DNA of 63,681 nt, filler included, from Collodictyon triciliatum (GCA_043381765.1; 36 parts of 36 records of this genome joined end to end with filler, not necessarily neighbours in it), one strand, 5' to 3'; numbered from the whole stretch's first letter, positions 37,831 to 50,561 are shown. Notes: generated by a model not told the origin, from the sequence alone. Translations and numbers: made by a program.

Positions 37831-38342
37831 GCTCTAGTAACTTTTAGAAATTACTGAAAAGAATCGGACTCTACGTCAATAAGTCTGATAGGAGTTGTTA
37901 TACTCCCCTTTGGTTTTACACAAAAACCACACGTATGGCAACCAAGCCGAGCTCAGGTGCGGTGAGCGCAAGCGAAACGCACAAGAGTGAGGTGCCTCAA
38001 CTTGACGACGAGAATGTNNNNNNNNNNNNNNNNNNNNNNNNNNNNNNNNNNNNNNNNNNNNTTAATTAATTAANNNNNNNNNNNNNNNNNNNNNNNNNNN
38101 NNNNNNNNNNNNNNNNNAGAGAATAAAAAAAAGAGAATAAAAAAAAGAGAATAAAAAAAGAGAATAAAAAAAAGAGAATAAAAAAAAAGAGAATAAAAAA
38201 AGAGAATAAAAAAAAGAGAATAAAAAAAAGAGAATAAAAAAAAAGAGAATAAAAAAAGAGAATAAAAAAAAGAGAATAAAAAAAAGAGAATAAAAAAAAG
38301 AGGATAAAAAAAGATAACCAAATCCTGGGTGATAAGAATTAC

Positions 38343-38439
38343 ATTTGAGCTCAGCGTGTATCATTCCTTCCACAGCTTCGAACAACGACCCAGTCACTTG
38401 CGCGATTTGTTCTGGTTTCGGCCCTTCTTGTTTCTGCAT
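38343..38439 (-). CDS. Probable BLOC-1 subunit 2-like protein, first exon
   Basis: MQKQEGPKPEQIAQVTGSLFEAVEGMIHAELK resembles the BLOC1S2 N-terminal helix (L...L..LF..VS.M...EL). Confidence 0.45.
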
Positions 38440-39117
38440 CTTTTCCTTCGGCTTCTTTCGTTTTACTTGTTTTCTGGGCAGAGACAGCCTTCCTCGCTTC
38501 CTATCTTCTGTAATATTGAAAGAGAAATATATTCCAGATAGGAAGGATAAAGGCCTTAACAAGACTGCTTGCGCTCTGCGCTGTGTTTCCTCTGGGATAT
38601 ACTGCGGTAAAGTGTCAAAAAAATGGCAAAAAATCAGAACAATGCGAAAATGAAGAGAAAAGATGTCGCGTCACGATTCGAGCTGATTCATCCAGTTCCC
38701 TTAAGCAATCTGATGTTCGTGTGATGAGCCAGATACTTAATTGGTATGTGCAACCACATGCCAGAGCAACTATTTTTTTCCTTTTTCCTTTGTCTGCTGG
38801 CGAGGTTGCTGGGTGGGGTGTGAAAGGCCACCAGTTGTTATGGCTTACACAGTCGGCTGATTCTGATTCTAGATACAATAAATGAACAAAAATATAGATT
38901 TTATTTTGTTTCAATTTTTTATTTTATTTACTAGGCTCTCATGAGGGATTCACTTCACGGATGGCTTGAAGACTGTGAGGCGTATGGGACTTGCCCCCTT
39001 GTCCGTTTCTCTTTGACATTTCTATTTTTTTTCTTCATTCACGGTGATGAAATTGCAGGGGCGCTTATGTTAATTGGAAACATGAAAACATAAAAACAGA
39101 TAGAAAGGAGCTTGAAA

Positions 39118-39758
39118 TCATTTTTTGTTTACTAATTCCTCCACTTTGACATTTTCAGTGGTAAAGAGAACACGCCTAGGGTTTTTGTGGTAGCTCCAGA
39201 AGAAGCGGATGAGGAAAATAGTGACTGAGAAAGCAGACGTGGATAGTGTGATACGAGAAGATGTTGATTGTAAACCATGAAAGTCCACGTATTGGTCTTT
39301 TGAGAAAGTTTTTCCGATATTGAACTTACACATGATTGAAATGCAAAAAGCCCAAAGAATACCCACAATAGAGATATAAGCAGACTTGCGATACTTGATT
39401 CCGTACGTATCAACCATGACAAACCACTTTACCGTCAAGACAGAAAAAAGACAGAAAACTATTCGCGCGTCCCAGTGGCTCAAGATGGCTGCAGCCAAGA
39501 ATATCTTTGCTATCAGGAACATGATGTACCAATAGTCGAACGAACGAATCATATGTCGTAACATAAACGCATTTGATGTGGTTACCATATGAACAATCAG
39601 GAAAGCTATCCCCATAGCCGTCACTGAAACGCCAACAAGAAGAGCATCTGTTCCTAATCCAAAGCCGCAGCCAAAAATAATAGAAAAGGCAACAGACATA
39701 TTGCAAACTATGACTCCTGTAATATGATAAATCTTTGACTTGAGAATGGTGGATGCCA
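39118..39758 (-). CDS. Multi-pass membrane protein (about 6 TM segments visible), 5'-partial, no intron in this stretch
   Basis: Open frame longer than 200 aa with alternating hydrophobic segments; motif LRHMIRSFDYWY. Confidence 0.75.
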
Positions 39759-39858
39759 NNNNNNNNNNNNNNNNNNNNNNNNNNNNNNNNNNNNNNNNNN
39801 NNTTAATTAATTAANNNNNNNNNNNNNNNNNNNNNNNNNNNNNNNNNNNNNNNNNNNN

Positions 39859-39925
<67 letters not shown>

Positions 39926-40032
39926 CCCCTTTTTTTTTTTTTTTTTTTTTTTTTTTATTGTTTATGAAGATAACACTAGTGAGGATCACCGACAATACCA
40001 GCGAAACGGAAAATGAGGGCTTTGAAATTAGA

Positions 40033-41501
40033 TTTTATTTGCATAGAATGAAGAAGCACCGCGTGAAAACCAGATCCTCAGAGCACCAGGCCCACCGAGT
40101 CAGCAAATACGTGACAGCAAAGAGAAACGGAACCATGCTGCAAATGCAGGTTCGCAGGGTGCAGCATTCCACGCAGTTGCTCGAGAGCATTGAAGAGCAG
40201 AGCTCCACTGGTTCAGGCTCTGTCAGTGCCGAAGCAGAATTTTTGTCCGCTAAAATACCTTTGGCTATTTCTCCATTCATTGGCATGAGCCTGGTTCCCG
40301 AAGGTTTCCCCTCTTCTGCTATTAGCAGCATGACGCTGAGGTAAATGCAGTTGTTCAAGAGTATCAAGCGAAGTCTTTATGCCCAAGATCGCCCATTCGC
40401 TTATTCACTCTGTCGTTCACTCAAATCTTGATATGCACAAATAACCAAATTAAAAATAAAATATGAATGAATCAATTAATTAATGAAATATTTGATACCA
40501 ATATATACTTTACAGATAAATTCAAATTATATTTTCTGGACAGATTTCTTGATGGACGACTCGAGGCTGAATATAAGCTCCTTACTGCAAAAAATTCTCT
40601 TTCATCTGCTGTTAGTTTGTATATGCTGTGCTCTCTCTTTGGTTTTATCAATTTCTTGGACAGGTATAAGCTACAGTTTAGGATATTAATTCTATATATG
40701 TCTTTTTTCACTCAAGTAGAAAAGAATTATAAGACTACTGTCCAGGAAATATTTTACCTGTGATGTATTTAAAGGTTTTACCTCACATCCTTTCGTCATA
40801 GTTTGAATTCATCTGCCGCTGGGACTTGGATATACTCCTTATTGTCGATATTCTCCTTCTTATCTTCTGTTTGCATGATGATTATAAAGAAGATATTACA
40901 GCGGAAGGAAAATGAGAAAACCTGTACAAGGTAGTTACTTCTCCCTCTTTTTCTTTTTTATGTATTTTAATATTACGATTCATATTCATAGATTGCATCT
41001 GAAAACGAATAATTGAAAACACATTTATTCTCCAATATCTTGCGCAAAATTGAAAGGAAGAATAAAAAAAAAATTATTCTAGGATGTATTTCATCGGCCA
41101 CGGGATCGTTTTCTTTGTCCTTACCGTTCTATTTTCTAGCAAAATATTCGTGAATCCAGACATAAACCTCACTGACGTAGAAATAGTCACTCTAGTAAGA
41201 TTACTTCAACTCATTCTACCCCAACGGTGCAGCCCTAAACATTTTTCATTCACCACATAGTCAATAGTCTAATAATTGGTTGCCAAAATTTAATAAAATA
41301 ATTAGGCCATGACAACCGTTGTCTCAGGAGACTTTGTTGTCCAATCGGTGATTACAGCGTCCGCTGTGATGTACCCACTGTGTGCCTTAATTTTTCTGAC
41401 AGAGATTGATATGCCAGTCATCTTCCGGTCTATTTTGCCTCTATTACAGACTTCTCTGATTAGCATAACAATTTTGAGGATTCTGGAGACTCAAAGGAAA
41501 A
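40033..41501 (+). CDS. Polytopic membrane protein with a nucleotidyl-cyclase-like juxtamembrane motif, multi-exon fragment
   Basis: DKFKLYFLDRFLDGRLEAEYKL followed by several hydrophobic exons. No catalytic domain is in this contig. Confidence 0.5.
41041..41073 (+). mobile_element. Diverged ultra-short family A stub in an intron
   Basis: ATCTTGCGCAAAATTGAAAGGAAGAATAAAAAAAAAA with a short TTATTCT repeat on both sides, just upstream of a splice acceptor. Confidence 0.65.
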
Positions 41502-41844
41502 NNNNNNNNNNNNNNNNNNNNNNNNNNNNNNNNNNNNNNNNNNNNTTAATTAATTAANNNNNNNNNNNNNNNNNNNNNNNNNNNNNNNNNNNNNNNNNNN
41601 NTTTTGTTTTTGTTTTTGTTTTTGTTTTTGTTTTTGTTTTTGTTTTTGTTTTTGTTTTTGTTTTTGTTTTTGTTTTTGTTTTTGTTTTTGTTTTTGTTAT
41701 GTTCGGGAAAAGGAGTTGGCTGTCTATGTGTGAAACATACTTCAATGGAGTTCTCTGGTTGTTGTAAGTGTTTCGCTATAAGAGTGCTCCAGACATGTCC
41801 TTGTTCCCAACCTACGCCAATTTACGAGTCGCCCTATTTCCTCT

Positions 41845-42835
41845 GAACCTGAGCTCCATTTTGCACACGCAGAGATGAAACCACTCGCAAGCTCCAAGGA
41901 CTCCAGCACAGGGGCTCGGTCAAGGCATTCGAAAAGTGAGTCATCAGATTTCTCTTCGAGTACAACAAAGTATGCAACCGTGAAGCGCAAAAGCCATCTT
42001 CTTCAAATGAGCGTTCAAGAAGTGAAGCATTCAACGGAGGACTTTTACAACGGAATCTCTTGTGGTGATGACAGGACATCTCTCAACTCTGAGTCAAGTT
42101 TGGCACCCACGATTATTCCAGAATTCATTATGGGCGGGAATGAGGCTGGCAAGAAACAAGAACTGCCGCCTCCAGACATCGACAAAAAGACTCTGAAGTA
42201 CAATGTCGATCGTTTAACGACATTAACACTTAATGGCTTATGTTTATTCTTTATTTTCTTACTTTACCTTGTACTCTTCCTTGTTTTTTTTTATAAAAAA
42301 TATAATCATTTGAATATAGTTTTCCCGTTGATTCTACTATTCTCAAATTTTTGTCAATTATTACCAATAATTCCATTCATGGCGAGACTCAGGATTGCCT
42401 CGGATATGAATCATATGAATATATTTTCCCTGTAATTAATAGTACTTTTATTAAATTTATTAACAAAGGTTTAAGGACATCAAGCTGGAAGAGGACTATA
42501 GAATTTATTCCACAAAAACGTTCCTTCAAACTGCTATCTGGATTAACGCTATAGCATTTTTTTACCTTGTAATGACAGCATTAAAGTAGTGAGTTTTTTT
42601 AAATCAACGAGTCAGATGCATTTTACACATCTTATTTCTTACCAATAGAAATTGATATTTGTCCATTAGATTTCGGTATAAAAGAGCTAACATATAATTT
42701 TGCTAGCTCTTCGATTGTCCAGTCAATTACTCTATTATCCCTATCAGCCGCGTTTGGAATGGTCATGCAGATAATACATTTGCATATTCTAAGGCGCTTT
42801 ATTAGACAGATGAAGCATGAATTATCATGCGCGAT
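41845..42835 (+). CDS. Second polytopic membrane protein fragment with the same motif type
   Basis: Ser-rich exon, then MNIFSL|FKDIKLEEDYRIYSTKTFLQTAIWINAIAFFYLVMTAL|SSIVQSITLLSLSAAFGMVMQII. Confidence 0.5.
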
Positions 42836-43344
42836 GTTAGTTGTTTAAATTTCATAAGCTTTAAAACAATTTTCCATATTTCATTTTTACAAAGAAACCT
42901 CAGTAACACGATTAAATAATTCTATCGAGATAGATATTTCTATAGAAGCCAATACGCGGTGATGTTGACCTTGTGCACGATATACTCCTCTTGTATATTT
43001 ATAGACCAGAATAGATTTCTTACTGATATAGAAATAAATTTGATGGTATGATTTGATATACTTCAGTGTTGATAAATAAGCCCCATCAACTGATTTAAAT
43101 GTAAATTTCATCGCAGGCGTACACGATAGTACTGCCTGGGGACTATAGGACGAAATTGAAGCTGTGTCTTTTTTCAAACATTTATCCACTTTCTTTATTG
43201 GTTTACTTTAATCAAAGAAATAGCATGGCTGTAATTCGCTCTTANNNNNNNNNNNNNNNNNNNNNNNNNNNNNNNNNNNNNNNNNNNNTTAATTAATTAA
43301 NNNNNNNNNNNNNNNNNNNNNNNNNNNNNNNNNNNNNNNNNNNN

Positions 43345-43392
<48 letters not shown>

Positions 43393-43469
43393 AAAAAAGA
43401 AAAAAAGAAAAAAAGAAAAAAAGAAAAAAAGAAAAAAAGAAAAGAAAAGAAAGAGTGATAAAGTGGGAA

Positions 43470-44880
43470 CCCTGTCGAAATAGTCGCTCTCTGGATTCAG
43501 CTTCTTGAGGTAGATGCGAGAGAACGTCTGTGCAAGCTCTGTGCTCTCCTTCATAACCTCGCCCATCTTGCCCGTTGTCTGCAGATGGCCGCTGCCGGAG
43601 CCCTTCTTTTCCCCGCCTGCATTCTGCGACGCTGCGACCGATTCGATGTAGAGAGTGGCGCCACCCATCTGGGTCCAGGCAAGACCCATCACAACACCGA
43701 CAGGCGGTTCGTCGTAAAATCGGTCTGAATTGAAGACGGGTTTGCCCACGAAAGTGGACAGGTTCTTTGGTGTGATGGTGATGGCCTCGGATTTCTTCTT
43801 GACGATCTATGCCACATGATTTAGTCACTCGCAGCTATTTGTTGAACCAATGGAGAGGAAAACAGCGCATGGTATGCAGAAATTGGCTCACGAATGTTTA
43901 CTTTCTATTAGGGTATAATGGAGCTATCATTCGCACACAAAGAAGAGAGAATTACTCGAAGTGCTGCTTTTCGGTGAATTTTCTCGATTTGCTTTTGTAG
44001 ATTACGGACGCCTGACTCGCGGCAGTACTTTTCAATAAGATCTCGAATGGCTTCATCTTCGAATTTACACAAATCCTTTTGCCGAGTTCAAATTTTAATT
44101 ACAGGAATAATTAATTTCTGGAATATATTATCTTAGCCGGAAACTGCTCAGGATCTTATTATCGGGAAAAACGTAGTTAAATATAGATAGAAGTGTAAGA
44201 TATGCTTGAGTTAGTATAGGAAGGAGTATATTTGTGATAGGTTAAGATTACATCCTTCATTCCACTTTCTTTCAGTGAAGCAGGAATCAAGTAACGCTTG
44301 GCAATTTGCTCCTACATCGAAGTCCTTTAATAGAAAATCTTACTCTAGTAATTATATTGACGTATGAATGAAATCTCACAAAAAACCAAAATAATAATAT
44401 ACACCATACATATATTCCTCACTTTTTCAGCAAGCACGTATCCTGAAAGGCGAATCACTTCCATACGATCAAGCAGGGGCCCGGGGATAGTATCTGTTGA
44501 GTTGGCAGTACACACAAACAAAACCTGGTTGGAATTTAAAAGTAAATTTCCCAACCAAAGTACAGCAGTGTTGGCAAATGGAAAGTTTTAAAAACACAAC
44601 TACGTAATTATCCCGGCTTATATAAGTAACATCGCACAGGAGACATACCTTGGAGAGATCAAATGGCAGGTCGAGATAGTGGTCGATGAAGGAGGAGTTT
44701 TGCTCTGGGTCCAGCACTTCCAAAAGGGCTGATGATGGGTCACCGTGGATTCCGCGCCCTAGCTTGTCAATTTCGTCAATCATGACAACAGGATTTGCTG
44801 TCTGTGTGACTTTCAGGCTTTGAATCATCTTTCCGGGAAGAGCACCAATATAAGTTCTACGGTGGCCCTTGATTTCTGAA
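43470..44880 (-). CDS. LONP1: Mitochondrial Lon protease (AAA+ and start of the proteolytic domain), internal multi-exon fragment
   Basis: [91 protein letters not shown]. Confidence 0.96.
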
Positions 44881-45259
44881 ATGTTTTTTTTTTTGACGTA
44901 AAAAACAAAACAAAACAAAGACAAAGACAAAGACAAAGACAAAGACAAAGACAAAGACAAAGACAAAGACAAAGACAAAGACAAAGANNNNNNNNNNNNN
45001 NNNNNNNNNNNNNNNNNNNNNNNNNNNNNNNTTAATTAATTAANNNNNNNNNNNNNNNNNNNNNNNNNNNNNNNNNNNNNNNNNNNNTCTTTTCTTTTCT
45101 TTTCTTTTCTTTTCTTTTCTTTTCTTTTCTTTTCTTTTCTTTTCTTTTCTTTTCTTTTCTTTTCTTTTCTTTTCTTTTCTTTTCCTATTCGGCTCCTTGT
45201 CTTGTGCTTAAATTTATATGAATTATATGTGAGTTTTTCTAATTATTTAATAAAAATAG

Positions 45260-46574
45260 ATCCTAACCACATACCTTTGAATTGCGATCCGAATGCTGTT
45301 GCCGGGGCACTGAAGCAGTATTTCAGAGATATGCCCGAACCTGTATTTCCATTTGAGCTCTATGACTGTGTCATGGCTATCCATAGTAATATTTGTACAC
45401 ATAATTACATGCCAAAATGCCCATGTTATAGGTGATGAATATTGTGAAAAAAAAAACAATTATTAGTGTATCAATAACTATATGAGGTGTTATCTAATGC
45501 CGTTGCCTTTGAAACTTCATATGACAACTGAAAGCCATTCCCGATCATGCGGCAAGAATGAATTGCTACATTTACCTCACAAAAACATTACAACCACATC
45601 GACTTTCTCTGCTTGTCTCGCTCATGTATCTTCTAAAAGAAGTTTGCTTAAAGTCCAGCATCAATATGATGGATTCAAAAAATCTGGTATACCTTACTCC
45701 CTCAGCTTTTCATCAGAACCACTTACATTTGTCAATACTGTTATCTTCTTTATGAAAAAGTGGCAACATGACATCACTATATATATATATATATAATTAT
45801 TATTATTGTTATATAACCATATGATTTTATCAAGGCTTTGATGTTCGCGCCAAATATTCTGAAGCCATATATTCAAACTCCCCAACAAATGATGGTTGAC
45901 ATGGAAGCTCTTCCCAAATTGGTGGATGAGTTGATTCTAAACTCTTCTGAAATCTTTCAGGCAAGCGGAAATAATCAATGCAATACCATTTTAACCGTCA
46001 GAAAAATAGCAATAAAAATGAAAGCCTACTTAATCATGAAATCGGACCACAAACGAAAGAAAATTAAAAGAAAAAAAAAACAACCATCGCGCAAATAATA
46101 AAGATAATTGTCGGATAGGCCTATGAAATGGACATCCACAGCTTCGCAAGGAGGTTGACATTCTCGCATCCGCTGACAGAAGAGGAACTTTCCGTCCAGC
46201 CCCCGCCACCTGACACGCGGGCCCGCAATCTCTCGGGCACACTGGCAAGCATGTTTTCCTTCCCCACGCCCAACTTTATGAGCCTCAACTTCCCGACGTC
46301 ATTCTCGATGTCTTTGAAGAAAGACCCACGCTCGAGAAACACCCCTGGCCCAAACACAGCGGCAGATTCTTCATCAAAACCGCTCTCCCCTTTTGGCCTT
46401 TCGTCATTCCTTGGGAAAATGATGTTCAAGAAGAGCGATGAGAGCGCCAGCGATTCTGCAGACGGAGCAGCAGACGAAGGCTCGTCAACCACGGCTTCCT
46501 CCCACAAAAGCAACCCACAGGACGGTCTGTCTTTATGTTCGAATGCCTCTTTATCGGATGGATTTCTTTTGTGA
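45260..46574 (+). CDS. RhoGAP-domain protein, C-terminal exons
   Basis: DPNAVAGALKQYFRDMPEPVFPFELYD, SSINMMDSKNL|ALMFAPNILKP. Low-complexity last exon ends at TGA 46572-46574. Confidence 0.92.
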
Positions 46575-46829
46575 TGTGGTATCTACTTGTCAGTCCATCT
46601 GCCTGTGCGCCCTCTTTTTTTCTTTTTTCTTTTTTTTCTTTTTTTTCTTTTTTTTCTTTTTTTTCTTTTTTTTCTTTTTTTCTTTTTTTTCTTTTTTTTC
46701 TTTTTTTTCTTTTTTTTCTTTTTTTTCTTNNNNNNNNNNNNNNNNNNNNNNNNNNNNNNNNNNNNNNNNNNNNTTAATTAATTAANNNNNNNNNNNNNNN
46801 NNNNNNNNNNNNNNNNNNNNNNNNNNNNN

Positions 46830-47152
46830 AAACCAATCAAAAACCAATCAAAAACCAATCAAAAACCAATCAAAAACCAATCAAAAACCAATCAAAAACC
46901 AATCAAAAACCAATAAAAAACCAATAAAAAACCAATCAAAAACCAATCAAAAACCAATCAAAAACCAATCAAAAACCAATCAAAAACCAATCAAAAACCA
47001 ATCAAAAACCAATCAAAAACCAATCAAAAACCAATCAAAAACCAATAAAAACCAATAAAAACCAATAAAAACCAATAAAAACCAATAAAAACCAATAAAA
47101 ACCAATAAAAACCAATAAAAACCAATAAAAACCAATAAAAACCAATAAAAAA
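46830..47152. repeat. 10-11 bp tandem repeat (AAAAACCAATC grading to AAAACCAATA)
   Basis: About 30 units at the contig start. Confidence 0.92.
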
Positions 47153-47488
47153 CAATGAGCAGAATCATGTATGTAAGCAGAAGAATGACACATGCATCTT
47201 CGATGATGAAAAAAAGTTGGTCACCTTCTGTTTGCATAGTTTTTTGCGTAATGTGGCTGAGTGTCCATGCCAGAAAGAATTACCACAGCGAGCCACATGT
47301 CAGTCACCCAAGCAAAATGCACATGACACAAACGAACCATGCACCCGACGTCACGTATTCTTTCCCTACATCGTTGCAGAGTTCAACCAACCAAACAAGC
47401 ATGAGCATCTACAGTGATAAAGTTTTGAAGCTGTGGTTGCTGAACAAATCCTCAATCCCTTCAGACACACTATTACATCACATTCCTC

Positions 47489-47647
47489 CCACCTGACCAG
47501 CTCGCTATCACTGACTTCTTTCCAGTGCTACCCTCTCCACGGTAGTGTCTTCTCCTACTCGCGTTTGCTCTCTCCCATACGCTCCCATCCCGCCCCTTTG
47601 TATGGCATAACCTCGCTACACTTTGAATCGAATAAAGGAAAAAAAAA
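47489..47647 (+). mobile_element. Retroposon family B insertion (159 bp, A-tail) with a perfect 17-bp TSD
   Basis: ATTACATCACATTCCTC at 47472-47488 and 47648-47664. Ends CTTTGAATCGAATAAAGG followed by poly(A). Confidence 0.9.
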
Positions 47648-47723
47648 ATTACATCACATTCCTCAGCGACGTTGGTGGGGTGATGGTGGGCGTATCAACA
47701 GGAATTAAGAAACATGAAGAGAC

Positions 47724-47803
47724 TTCACCATCCTGCACAAAATTGATTCACCATCCTGCACAAAATTGAAAGGAAGAATAATAATAATAATAATAAAAAA
47801 AAA
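47724..47803 (+). mobile_element. Retroposon family A insertion (80 bp) with a perfect 17-bp TSD
   Basis: AAGAAACATGAAGAGAC at 47707-47723 and 47804-47820. Tail is (AAT)n then poly(A). Confidence 0.9.
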
Positions 47804-48281
47804 AAGAAACATGAAGAGACGAGGAACGGGTGCTACCTCAAAAGCAAACAGAACGCATAAAGCCGCGCATTGGCGAACGTTCTTTCCTTCCGCACTGAGC
47901 CAAACAAGTGCTTCCCTGGAAAGTGTGCCTCTTTGAGAATTGTCTCTCAGCAGCTGAGCAAGACACATCTTTTTGTTGGCACATAGGAACGAAGGCTATG
48001 CTCAACCCATCAGCAACAGCATTAGCATGACTGCCGAAAAACCCACCAAGGAGAAGGCTGAGCTGGCTTAATCGAGGGGCCTCAACACATCCTGCATCCT
48101 CAAGTGGTTTTTAGACAGGACAACTGGGTCTGCTGTTGTATTGTCATCGACGGCCAAGACAAGGCAGAAGTGGGCCTATCGCCACCTGTTTTGCTTCTGC
48201 GCGCTCGCCTTCCACCGCTTCAGTCTATTTCAAACCATTCTAGAAAAAAGGAAAAAGAAAAAAAAAAAGAAAAAAAGAAAA

Positions 48282-48361
<80 letters not shown>

Positions 48362-48644
48362 AAAAAAAAGAAAAAAAAAGTAAAAAAAAGTAAAAAAAAG
48401 TAAAAAAAAGTAAAAAAAAGTAAAAAAAAGTAAAAAAAAGTAAAAAAAAGTAAAAAAAAGTAAAAAAAAGNNNNNNNNNNNNNNNNNNNNNNNNNNNNNN
48501 NNNNNNNNNNNNNNTTAATTAATTAANNNNNNNNNNNNNNNNNNNNNNNNNNNNNNNNNNNNNNNNNNNNGAAATCATGTGTTATGATGATTCTTTTCTT
48601 TTATTCGATTCAAGGGAAGGAAGGGGTTCTTGATTGTTTGATAT

Positions 48645-50090
48645 CTATTTTGATTCAAATTTTCTCAGTATTTTATATGGTTCTTTGAAAAATACAATAC
48701 TCTGCTCTGGAACTGGGGCGGAAATCGGCTCATCGATGGATGGTTCTTCTATTGGCACTTCTGTGAACGATATCCATCAAATTCGAATTATATTTATGAT
48801 CCGAGAACACGCTGTAGCAGTTGAATAGTAGTCGAGACAACTATAGTAAAATATTCAAAATTTACCTTCCTTGCTTCTGCCTACCTATTCCGTCGAAAGT
48901 GAAATAATAACGTTAGGTTCGTAATGATGCAGTGAGGAAGAAAACATATAAGTATGCACAGAAAAAATATTCAAAAATATTATTATACTATATACATATT
49001 CAGTCGTCGAAGTGGTATTCAGTGGGCTGGATAGAACAGGTAAGACATCATTAACGGTGAAGGAGTGCGATTCTCTTTGCGCATACTCGAAAATTCCAAA
49101 CAATTGCTCCAATAAATCAGGGATGGATGAATCTAATTTATACAAAAGTATATTAAACGAATCATTTGGCGAAATATATCACATGTGGTGTGTATTAATA
49201 TAATCTTTTTCCCTTTATTCGATTCAAAGTGCAGCGAGTGTGTATTAATGGAATAAAATGGGGATGTTTTGGATGTATTGTGGCAAAAGAAATGTTACAA
49301 TTTACTCCGTTGGTTAGAGCTTCATTCGAATTTGTCAGAAACTTGTGGATTTTATCTGTCCTATAGACCATAGGATTAAGTTCACTTTGCTTCTTTTCTC
49401 TCTAAATTTTGAGCTTGGTTACAACTCTTCATATAGATCGAAATAACTAATATAGTAGGTTTTTAATATATATAAAAAGGGGGAAACGTATTATTACTCG
49501 TTGTCAGAAAAAGCTGCTCGGACCAGTTTAAAGATGTCAAGAGCCGATTCAAATTCAGCTATTGTCGCAAACTAAACGCAAATTAATCATCAGGGAACAA
49601 GTATTATCAACTTCATATAAATGCGAACTGAATATAAATAAAGCGTAAAATTGAGCTTTCTTGTATTGTCCACATTGAAATCTTTCATTTTTCTTTTTTT
49701 TAAAAAAAAGGAGATATAACAAGCCTTTGATGTTTTTGCCTTAACGACTGCGTCTTGCAAAACTCTTGGGTCACAAGCACTTCTAGAGTTGAGAATCTCA
49801 GATAGGCGAAAAACTTTAGAAATCAGAGATAGTTCTACCAGGCGGGCAGCCTAATGAGCATGATCAGTTCCCGTTCAAGTAACCATTTTGTCAGAGAAAT
49901 CGGAGTGACCCAGATAAAATGGAGGGGAATAAAAGAAAAAAACAATTGGGTATTCAAATCGGGCATGTCGCGTATCCTTTGTAATACTATCAAAATTGTG
50001 ATGTACTTCAAATCGGCTAGCGATGTCAATCTCCAGTTGGGCTCTCTCGTCCTGGGTCTTTTCCGCGCTTTCGATCCGTTTCTCTTTGAA
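48645..50090 (-). CDS. Hypothetical helical protein, multi-exon fragment
   Basis: Spliceable exons AARLVELSLISKVFRLSEILNS..., FATIAEFESALDIFKLVRAAFSDNE, DKIHKFLTNSNE and DSSIPDLLEQLFGIFEYAQ. Family not recognised. Confidence 0.55.
49200..49237 (-). mobile_element. 38-bp family B stub in an intron, with a perfect 12-bp TSD
   Basis: GTGTGTATTAAT at 49188-49199 and 49238-49249. Minus strand reads TCGCTGCACTTTGAATCGAATAAAGGGAAAAA. Confidence 0.82.
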
Positions 50091-50561
50091 GTGAATCTAT
50101 TCCATTAGTTGACTCCATCGTTAATACTTAAAAAATGAAAAAGTTGGCTTTGTTTTCCTCGAAGGAGATAAACACAAGAAATATTTATACGTATATTTAC
50201 ACGAGTGTGTGANNNNNNNNNNNNNNNNNNNNNNNNNNNNNNNNNNNNNNNNNNNNTTAATTAATTAANNNNNNNNNNNNNNNNNNNNNNNNNNNNNNNN
50301 NNNNNNNNNNNNTAAAAAAAGAATAAAAAAAGAATAAAAAAAGAATAAAAAAAGAATAAAAAAAGAATAAAAAAAGAATAAAAAAAGAATAAAAAGAAAA
50401 AGAAAAAGGAAAAGGAAAAAGAATAAAAAGAAAAAGGAAAAAGAGGAAAAAAAAGAATAAAAATAAAAAAGTGAGTATTCGGGGATAATTTAAAAGTGCA
50501 GTGTGACTAAGCTATTCTCCTTCAATAAACTCGGAGCCGACCATTATAGCCCCAACACCAT

